A stretch of 64,000 bases of DNA from Sminthopsis crassicaudata (lineage: Eukaryota), in NCBI RefSeq assembly GCF_048593235.1, contig NC_133617.1:133508937-133572936 (forward strand), read 5' to 3'. A program made the translations under genes and the position numbers. Every line of letters begins with the position of its first letter. The first letter of the stretch is position 1. The notes beneath the pieces were generated by a model, which searched no databases, was not told where the DNA came from, and saw nothing but the letters and a program-made list of their open reading frames with translations. Below are positions 51,900 through 61,767 of this stretch, piece after piece.

Positions 51900-54010
51900 G
51901 AAGAATTATTTGTAGGTCATCTTAAAGGAGGCTCTATAAAGAGCTGTTTTGATTGCCTATAGCAAGGCAAAAGAAACATTTTTCAAGATCCACTTGGTCC
52001 TCCCAAATTGTGATGCCAGTTGACTCCTTATTTCAAAAATACCACCATAATGATAATTGCAGCTAATGTGCCAAAATAAGTTGCAGAGATTGAAGGAGTA
52101 GAACATTTACTTGATGAGTACTTTATGAGACTCTCAAATTAAATCCATTAAAAAAGACTCCAAATTTCTAAATTTAATACATATTCATTGAATAAAAAAA
52201 GGTGGGCAAAAGAGAGAACAGAGGCAAGCAAACATTGGAAAATATGGCTCACAAAATAAAAGAAGTCAAAGTCTTTTATGCCTCACAAAAGCCCCATGGT
52301 TATTTACCATAAACATTTTCTTCTAGAATATAGTCAGCATGTACTAGCACATGGTTAGAACTAAGCAATATCATAAAAGAAAACAAACAAAATTTTAATA
52401 TACAGGAAAGACTGGTTCCTGAAGTGGGAGTCATTTCTGAATCATCTGTCACAGTGTACCATCTGACCACTGACTTGTTAAAATAAGGTAAAAAAATTTT
52501 TTTTCGACTAGAAAAATTAAAAGCTATTAAGGCTATTTAGATAACTCAAAATGAACAATTTGTAAATAAGGTAGTGATACTTAAAAGGGGGAATTAATAT
52601 TAATGCTTAAATAACAGAAATTGGCACAGACTGCCAATTTTCCCTAAGGAAGCTTGGTAGAAATCAATCACCACAACAAAGAGACTAAACCTGCCTAGAA
52701 ATCACTAAGAAAACACTTAATCTCCTTGTCAAGTAGAGAAAAGATAGCAGCTACGGGTAACAGCAGTTTAGAATATAAACTAATGTGGGAAAATATCATA
52801 GAGGAAGATGGGGGAAGAAAATGAGCAATACATCCTCAAACTGTAAGAATCTATATCTGGAAAAACAAGTTTATAAAGAAACTCAGTTAAGTAAGATCAC
52901 TCCAAGAACAGTTAAAAATAAAACTGGGCAGAAATTAACATATAATTGAAAAATAAAAAAGAATCATCTAGATTTCTGCAATAATTTTTTTTCTTCATAA
53001 ATTAGAGTAAAATATTTAGATTCTAACATCGAGGTCCCAGATGTGTTGTATAAAAGTAGAAATGATATTGTGAGGAAAATAGAAATATCAGCTGAACCAG
53101 AAGAAAGATAAACTTGCTCTGTATTAAACATAATGCAAATGTCAAGGAGTTAAAAGGATCAGTTCTCAAGGCACATGTGAAATCTGAGAGAATAACAAAA
53201 ATTTAGAAAAAAATGTGGTAAAAATTAACATTAATTATGAGTCAGAAAATATCAACAATCTCTCAATTTGCCCAACTCTAAAAATGATTTTATGAGAATA
53301 GTTACATACATATCAACAACATCCTTGCTACAGGAATAAGAAGGGAAGAGGCAGGTTGTTCACAGATGATATTCTACAAAAACAAAATCTCTACAGTAAT
53401 ATAATTGACTGAAAGGCACAGAGAATACGTGATCCCACAATGCTTATTTCTTGTTGACTAAAAAAGAGCATATGATTTGTTAGAGCTTATTTCCAAGAAT
53501 CTATCATTCATATGCTAAAGTAGTGTAAGGTTCTTTGAAAAGATATAACAAGAGTTAACTTGGTTCAGTGATTTTCTGATGATTAATATCAAATAAAGTT
53601 AAGATATAAGAAAGGAAGGCAAAAGCTAAACAAAATTATCTGCTACTCTTATGGAGGGCATCCAGCTAGGACGACAAATGGAAAAAGTTTCCCCACAAAA
53701 AGATCCTGTTGGAAGGTTATATTGTACTGATTGAGTAAGCCCTGAAACTCTGCTGAGGTTTCTAAATAAGATCCATGATTATTCAAAAATTTTTGAACTA
53801 TTCACATAAGGAAACTCTAGTGGATTAATGTCTTATTTTCTAACCCATCACATACATTAAATAAGTAGCGCACAGCACAAACATTGCAAATGCACAATAA
53901 ATTGGGTCTTGAAGAAGGGATGAGGAAAGAAAGCTGAATTGCTTACAATGACTCCAACTTTTCACTGAAAAAGGCCCATTTTTTAAAATAACAACATTGG
54001 GAATATCCAG
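51900..54010 (+). mobile_element. Highly decayed RTE-clade LINE (APE endonuclease plus RT)
   Basis: IMIIAANVP..VAEIEGVE (YAPTS-like, ~52045), DH.LV (~52465), REEAG (~53345), EY.IP.CLFLVD.K.A.D (~53425), K.AHF (~53970). Confidence 0.75.
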
Positions 54011-57005
54011 TGGTTATAAGTTTCAAAAGGACTAAAATAAGATGAAGGGGTAATAAAGAGATATCTAATAAGGATAAATAAACCCCAACACAGTGCCAAA
54101 GATAAAGGAAAGGAGATGAGCCAGCCATTTTAAGGTTGTTTTGAGTTACAAATGGGATGCTTGCATATTCCATTGTAATGATCAAATAAGATATGTGTAT
54201 AGCACTTAGCAGGTGCTAATAATAATAAAGGCTTGTCCTATACCCCTCCCCTTTATCATACCCATCAAAGAAACTTTCAGTGTTTAGTGCAACACTGTTC
54301 ACCAGCAGTAAATAGTAGAAATAATTTGTTAAGTGACTGAGAGGTAGAACAATGCTTGACTAAAAGTCAAGAAGATCCAAGTTCAAATCCAGATTTTGGA
54401 CATTTACTAGATGTATGACCTTTTTTATTTTCTCATTTATAAAATGAAGATAATAGTAGTACTTACCTCCCATGGTTGTTATGAGGATAAGTGAGATATT
54501 TGTAAAGTACTTTGTAAAACTTGAAGCACTATATAAGTGCTATAATTATTGATGTTATTATTATTTCTGATAGTTTTTAAGAACCTCCCTCAACTCTGGG
54601 GGAAGTAATAATAGCACCATTAAAGTCATTTTATAGATCAGGGAACAAGTCCAGAGACAGGATATGAGTTTCTAAGAATGACATAATTGTTAAGAATCAG
54701 AGCAGAACTGGAATTCAATGCTCTTCTGACTCCCAGCTGATTATTCTTTCCCAATCAATACTGCATAATTAATAAATTATTTGGGAACACACTTTCCTAG
54801 TGTGAATGAAAAGCCTGGATGCAACTGAAACCACCCTGTATTCAGAGCTGCACAGAAACTTTAGCCATTTTTTATTCTTGACCAGGCCTGCTTCTATCTC
54901 AAAAGTTAAGTGACATCTCTTTGGCTATCCATCAATACATTTATTAGATGCCTTCTGGGTGTCAGATACCATCCTAGGGAAAGATGAAAAAAATGGCACA
55001 CTTCCTAACTGCAATCAATCTAGTAGTAGAAAGAGACATTTACATAGAACAATAATACAACTATCATAGAGATTATATTATAGGAATATATATATATATA
55101 TATAATGTAGGTATACCTACATATGTGTATGTATATGTAAAATATAGGAAAGGTTAAATAAAAGAAAATGAGAGATTCAATGGAGGCTGGATAATTTTAG
55201 TTAGGATACGAGATCTAGGAAGGCTTCAAAAGGACATCTGAGTTGGATCTTAAAGGTTCATAAAAGGTGGAGATGGGCTGTGAGGCAGGGGTATGTTACA
55301 GGATTTGGACTGGATGTATCATGTGCCTAGAAAGAGGAAATATTAAGATAAGATGGGGTAACAGTAAATCATTGATTCTGGCTAGAATGTAAACATGACA
55401 TTAATTTCATGGATCATAGATTCAGAAATTAAATGGTTTAATCCCTTCATTTTATAGATGAAGCAACTAAGGCACAGAGAAGCTGAGGTATTTGCTTTGG
55501 GTCACACAAAAAGTACAACTAGACCGAAACATGTAATACAGGAACAAATATAGGAACATTCCTATAGAAAAATAAGTTACAGGAGCTACCTACCACTGCT
55601 CCACCAACAATTAAAGGTCTCAAGGACTTTTCAGGAACCTCAAGACCTTGGGAAAAATTAGAAAGATATGGATGATTATCCAAGTGAAATCTTTTCAATA
55701 TCAGGCCTTCTCTTAGAAACAGATAAAAATTCTGTGAGCTGGGAAATAAAGACCCAACTATTATTATTTTAATATCAAGAAAGAAAATAAACATTCAATT
55801 TGATATTTTGCATTTAACAGGTCAATGTACTTATTTAAACAAATCACAAGTTAAAAAAAAAGACTTCAGGTTCCTAATATTTGATTCCATTTGACTTGTT
55901 TTTGTTTTTAAACCGTGGGGAGGAAGGCAGATCTGATTGATGGCTACAAATAATATGAAACTTTTCTATTACTTACAGTTTTACAGAGTTGTCTAGATTT
56001 TTGAGAAGTTAAAGGACTTGCCTAAGTTCATTTTAGTCATATCTATTACATTTGGAACTTGAACCCAAGTCTCCCTGTTTCTATGACAAATCTTCTATTT
56101 TGCTGAAGTGCCCCTTATTTTTATCTAGTACTTATCTTCATTTTGCCCCTTCACCCTGAAAGCCGAAAACAGGAGGAGACACATAGTTTTGGTTGTTACT
56201 ATTACTGTTTATTCAAGTATTAATATCTTTTGGGGATAACATAATAATGTCCCATTGAGGACAGTGGGATTAAGAAGAGCCCTAAATAACTAAGGTCTGA
56301 GTTTCTTCAATGATACCAAATCAGATTCTGAAAGAGCAGAATGATTGTGCCAACTAGCCTCATCTTCCCACAAATGTAGAAATATACTCCACAGCGTCCT
56401 CCACAAGTGGTTTAAAAAGTTTGCACTTTCTATGATGAGAACATGCTGTCTGACAAAGTAAACCATTCTGTTTTTAAAGATTAATTTTCTTCCCTGAGTA
56501 CTCATGTACTCCCATGCAACTTTCATCAATACTTTGCTCTGCTTTTTGAGACTACTTATATTTTAAAGGTGACCTTATATATAATCTTCTCTCTGATAAA
56601 ACTAAATTAGTCCTCCAACCACATGATTTTCAAGTCCTTTACTAGCTTGTAAACACTCCTCTTAAAAGGTATAATCCAGAAGTGAATTATTCTATCTAAA
56701 ACCTGACTAGTACAACATACAGTAGACAAATTATCTCATCTCTGTCTGGGCACATTTCAATGAAGAGATTTCTAATAGTTTGCTTCCTTGCATTTTGGAA
56801 GAAGGTCACTAACCATATGGAAGGTCTTTACTATGTATAAAAGTTTCTGGGTGCAAACAACTGCCAAGATTGGGGGATTTGAGGGGAGAGGACAAGTAAA
56901 AGAGAAACAGAAGGCCTAGGTTCAGATAGAACACAGCCAAGTATTAACAGTTTTAATGTAGCTCTATGTTAGGATATCTAGCATTTGTCAAAGAACAATA
57001 GGTAA

Positions 57006-57118
57006 TCTGAGTCAGCACTCCTGGAAGATCTATGGGAGAAGCCCTGGAAGCCTAGTCTTTGAACCACAACCACTTTCACAGCATCCAATTTGCTCCTGAG
57101 AGGAGAGAAGGTTGTGGT
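57006..57118. promoter_or_regulatory. Putative intronic enhancer: AP-1/MARE-like plus RUNX motifs
   Basis: TGAGTCAGCA at 57008-57017, AACCACA at 57062-57068, TGTGGT at 57113-57118; motif evidence only. Confidence 0.35.
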
Positions 57119-58685
57119 GAGGAACAGAGAGCTGCTGTTTCTTATTCCCACATTAAAGTTAAATGAATGGTCAGTTTCCAGGCATGTGCCTTTGCATGCA
57201 TGTATGTGTTTGTGTATCTGTGTGTGTGTGTATGTGTTCACGTGTTTGTGTTTTAGAAGAAAGTAAGATGGGAAAGAGATGAGAAGGGGTGTGAGCTGAG
57301 AAAAGAGATGAGGAAAAGAAATATACAAAAAAAAATTCATTTTATGATGTCCTACCCCAGCATCTCATTAACATGGAGAGTACAGCAGATGGATTCAGCC
57401 AGAATCTCCCTGTCCTCAACACACATATACATGCAACTTGAGAGTTATATGCACAGAGTTCTTTCAGCTCCACTCAGTGGATGAAAGATCTAGAATTAGC
57501 CTAAGAGATCCCGATGATAAAAACCAAATACTATCCCTACCACACTTCCATAGGAGGAGCTGTTATCACCTTTGCAAACGACTATCCTTACATTACTTTC
57601 AAAGGTAAGTTTAAAGAGGCCCTGTACAACATCAACACACCCCATAGAGGAATCCAATTGTGGCCAATATGGTCTGGGAAACATGGAGAAGAAACATGCT
57701 CAGAACAAATAGTAAGTGAGTATTTAAGGAGAGGTGGGATCTTCCTTCTTGACTTCAGCCAGCTCTATCTCCCCTCCAGCCTACTTCATTACCTTTTCGA
57801 TCACCCAACCTCCCATCTCTGCAGACTCACACCCACTGCATCAGTATTTTTTTGCTCTACTTTTCACATTCCTGACCCAATGCCCCCTGACTTCAGCCAG
57901 TTTTATCACCTATACTCGGCCAATCCAGATATCCCCAAACCTCTCTTCATCACTAAGTCCCAAAACGACAGTCACTAGTCTGAAATCCTAGCTGTCCCCT
58001 ATGATCACCGCCTAGCACTTATTCCCTTCTCCCAGCTTCCTTTCTCTAGAATTCGGGTCCACCTTCTACACGTTCTGTTCCTCATCCATGAATCGCTGGA
58101 AAATCCCTACCTCCCCTCCAAGCATAGTACTCCTTTGCCTCTACACCTGTCCATTCATAGATCTTCAGATCCGGCTTCCTCGGCTTCTCCCTGGCCGAGT
58201 TCGTTTATCTATTTGGTCCCTTACTTTTCCCCAAGGTTTCCCTCTGCCCCTCCCACTGCCTAGTCCTTTCTACCTAAGACCTTGTTCTTTTGCCCCGCAC
58301 AGATTCACTCTCTTACCTGCCCCTTCTCTGTACCGTTTTTACTCCCTTTCCAGATGTCCTTCTTCTCTAGCATCTTTCCCTAGTTCCCATGTTCCCTTCC
58401 CCCTTCCAATTGTTCTTCCTTTCTACAGCACCAACCTCTTTCTCCCCAACCAATCTTTCCCAATCCCCATCAGCCCTCCAAAGTGTCCAAACTGCTCCCA
58501 GAGCTTGGAGAAGGACCGGGGAGGAAGTGGAAAGGGGGAGCGCGGAGCAGTAATGCCAGCTCTCTAGTCTGCCAGCCGCGCCTCCTCTGCCGCAAACCCG
58601 GGCATGCATCCATCTGCTGTAGGGCACGGGACTCACCCGGCTGCCAAGCCCTTGCCCCACCACCCCAGCAACCTCAGAAACTTAC

Positions 58686-59345
58686 TTGCTGGTCTCCAGG
58701 AGGTGGAGGTGGAGGCGGCTACAGCTGCGGCTGCGGCGATTGCGCCCCTCTTGGCTGGGTGAGGCGGAGCGCGGCGCACTCCCTGCGCTCCTTCAGGCCC
58801 CTTCCCAGTGAATGGGATCAGCTTGACGCATCCCCCGCTCTGCCCCCGCCGCTGTGGCTGCCGAGCACATCCAGACATGCTCAGTTTTCTGACCTTCTCC
58901 GTGTGGAAGCTACCAAGAGCTGCCGAGAAAGGGGGTGGGGTGGGGGTGTAGGTAGGGGTGATGGTGGAGGATTGGCAAAGCTGAAGAGGAAGCAAGTGAA
59001 GAGCTACTGAGAGGAAACACCGATCCGGATGCTGCCACAGCTGAGAGAGAGAGCAAAAGAGAGAGAGAGAGAGAGAGAGCAAATGAGCGAGCTAAAAATA
59101 GTTCCTGCGGAAAGAACAGCTGGAGCTTAAAAGGACACAGCAGAGCGCTCGCCTCCTTCTGACTCTGTGAGAAGCCCAGAGCTCTAGGCTTTCTTGAGCC
59201 TTGCTAACCTAGGAACTCGGGAATTCTGGGGCTGCTCAGCCGCGGGAAGACATTTGTGCCTAGGATTCAGGTCCCCTCATTTCCCAATGGAAAATTAACT
59301 CAATGAAGTTCCCTTCCCCCTAGCTGCCTTTCTGAAAAGCCGGAA
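58686..59345 (-). other. 5' exon/leader of an unidentified gene (TSS approximate)
   Basis: CpG-rich, downstream of a TATA box, ending at donor CAA|GTAAGT (58686). Alternative donors CGG|GTGAGT (58637) and CAG|GTAAGA (58317). An ATG at 58878 (A at -3) is open to both proximal donors (MSGCARQPQRRG...STSTSWRPA); the peptide is not recognised. Confidence 0.7.
59038..59122. promoter_or_regulatory. MEF2 site flanked by two CAGCTG E-boxes, around a (GA)n tract
   Basis: CTAAAAATAG at 59092-59101 (perfect YTA(W)4TAR); CAGCTG at 59038-59043 and 59117-59122. Confidence 0.55.
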
Positions 59346-59366
59346 AACCTCCTGAAAAGGGGTATA

Positions 59367-59481
59367 TATTTATATGCAGCTCCAGTTTCAGGCGCTCTCA
59401 CCTGCCTACCGCCCCAGAGTTCACGCACTCCAGATTCAGGGTCCCTAGCCACTAGCATATTACCAATCCCCGGGAATCCCC
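59367..59481 (-). promoter_or_regulatory. Core and proximal promoter: TATA, GC box, CCAAT, kappaB
   Basis: Minus-strand TATAAATA 59374-59367; CCGCCCC 59409-59415; CCAAT 59463-59467; GGGAATCCCC 59472-59481; order and spacing fit a minus-strand TSS near 59345. Confidence 0.65.
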
Positions 59482-60340
59482 ATCCGCATCAAAAAGGGAA
59501 CACGGATGGGCTGCAGGCATTGCGAAAATCTCAGATAAATCCTGTCTTCACAACTGCGCAGACCAGCTCAGAAGCTGGAGTCACAGAGGAACTGTGCTAA
59601 CTTGCCCTTCTTCCGAGGCTGATAGGGGAAAGAAAAGCTATCTCGTTCAAGCCAGATGAAACCTGAAAAGAGGTGAAGCAGGGCAGGTGTGCGGTTGGTT
59701 ATGGGAGGGAGGATGATAGGAAATACTATGACTTTAATGGAGCTAGAAGCTAGATGAGTCTGTAGATCATGAATCCTAAGTCCGCACGTGATTTCATCTT
59801 GTTCACTCACACGCGCGCACATAGCCACACAACCCCCCCCCACATACATACACACATAAAACACATTCACAACTGAATATACAATGTTCCTCATGCTTCT
59901 GGATAATTAATACATATTGATTTTTCCTATCAGTTTTTCCTTTTATTTTCCTCTTATCCGGTCCTTACCACACAGGCTTCAAAAATTGAAACATGGCTTA
60001 CTGAATGATCATGAATGCATGGTCAAGTTTGATTCCACCATTGAAACCTCTTGGGGTTTCCTGAACTTTTCTAGTCACTCCAACTATTGCAATTTAAAAA
60101 AAAAGGAAATAAACAAAAAAACAAAACAAATCAACAAATCTTGGAGTAACCACTTGAAGTAACTTTATCTTCCTCAGAAAAATAGCTGCTGAAATGCAAA
60201 GGGAAAGATGTGGGTTCAAACCTTGACTTTGTGACCTTGGACTTGGACTAGTGATTCAACATTTCTGGACCTTAGTTTTCTCATCCGTAACATAATTTCT
60301 CCTCTGCCTACATTATAAATTTGCTGTAAAGGTCAAAATT

Positions 60341-60348
60341 TATATATG

Positions 60349-60404
<56 letters not shown>
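60341..60404. repeat. (TA)n(TG)15 unbroken alternating purine-pyrimidine tract
   Basis: Seen directly. Confidence 0.95.
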
Positions 60405-60405
<1 letters not shown>

Positions 60406-60555
60406 TTTTTACATCTATATATGAAGATAATTATTATGAACTTTAATAAAGTGTAATTTGGGCAACTCATATATAATATATATTCTCTTTATAGAATAAA
60501 GCATTCAAATGTTAGGGGTTTTTTGTTGTCGTTTTTGTTGCAAAGTTTCAGTCTT

Positions 60556-61149
60556 TTTTTTTTTTTACCTCTTATTTTTTTATTTAGAATTTTTTTCCCA
60601 CAGTATATATGCATGAGTAATTTTTAAAAATAATATTATCCCTTGTATTCATTTTTCCAAATTATACCCCCCTCCCTCCACATCCTCCCCCCCATGACAG
60701 GCAATCCCATACATTTTACATATGTTACAATATAACCCAGATTCAATATATGTGTGTAAATACCATTTTCTTGTTGCACATTAAGTATTAGATTCCGAAG
60801 GTATAAGTAACCTGGGTAGATAGACAGTAGTGCTAACAATTTACATTCACTTCCCAGTGTTCCTTCTCTGAGTGTAGTTATTTCTGTCCATCATTGATCA
60901 ACTGGAAGTGAGCTGGATCTTCTTTATGTTGAAGATATCCACTTCCATCAGAATACATTTTCATACAACAATGAAGTGTACAGAGATCTTCTGGTTCTAT
61001 TCATTTCACTCAGCATCAGTTGATGTAAGTCTCTCCAAGCCTCTCTGTATTCCTCCTGCTGGTCATTTCTTACAGAGCAATAATATTCCATAACCTTCAT
61101 ATACCATAATTTACCCAACCATTCTCCAATTGATGGACATCCATTCATC
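60556..61149 (-). mobile_element. Young 5'-truncated L1 with perfect 16-bp TSD
   Basis: GCAAAGTTTCAGTCTT at 60540-60555 and 61150-61165; poly-T tail; ORF 60948-61148 is the ORF2 C-terminus. Confidence 0.93.
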
Positions 61150-61767
61150 GCAAAGTTTCAGTCTTACAAGTGAAGTGAATATTTTTGAAATAAATAGCTT
61201 TTTTTCAAAGGAAGAGCCCAATAAATTTAGGATTACTTTAATTTGGAAGTATAATAAGCAATTTCAACATGTTAAAAGCCTTTTTTTTAATAATTTTCCC
61301 ATTTTCTTTCTTAAGTATTAATATAATGGCTAATAATAGTATAGTGATGGACTGACCAGTCCATGTGCAGATATTGCCAGATAGCTTAAGGCTTTTCAAA
61401 TATACACAGATATTCTTAGCCTGGATTCAATCAGAGCTTATGTGGAAATTGGGAGAAGCTGGTTTCTAGCTATGATGATTTAGAGATTGTTACTATGTGC
61501 TGATGAAACATTTTGTAGTTGACTGCAGAGACTGAAAAAAAGACTGACTCAGTAGTTTGAAAGTTGAAAGGGGGTGACTTGCCTGTCTCTTAATCTCTTT
61601 CCTTTAGCAGCTGTGGGGAGGCAGAATGATTTTTGAGCTGCCTTCCTGGAATCCTAGACTAGGAATGCTATCACAATTATCTTCTAGCTGGCTATAGTGG
61701 CTATGAAAACATGATGACTTTTCACTCTTTGTATTTATTCTTTTTTGAACTTAGATGAAGGAATATT

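Larger units (their letters stand above)
1..58316 (-). other. Inferred large first intron of the minus-strand gene (runs off the window unless the 12.5-kb candidate exon is real)
   Basis: Lies downstream of three minus-strand donors; no coding exon recognised; most of the longer LINE pieces are antisense to the gene. Confidence 0.6.
58510..59560. promoter_or_regulatory. CpG island
   Basis: The only extended GC- and CpG-rich interval in an otherwise AT-rich, CpG-depleted window. Confidence 0.85.

Noticed and set aside
57514-57978. 154-aa plus-strand ORF
   Set aside because: No recognisable domain; the second half follows C/T-rich intronic composition and an internal repeat.
58088-59082. ORFs of 98-175 aa on both strands over the CpG island
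   Set aside because: Expected in GC-rich, stop-poor sequence; several start at non-ATG codons and none resembles a known protein. Only the ATG 58878 frame is kept as a candidate.
58686-59345. Assigning a gene symbol (MEF2-regulated genes such as HDAC9 or MEF2C, neurotrophins and others were considered)
   Set aside because: Neither the leader nor any peptide matched what I recall of those genes; naming would be a guess.
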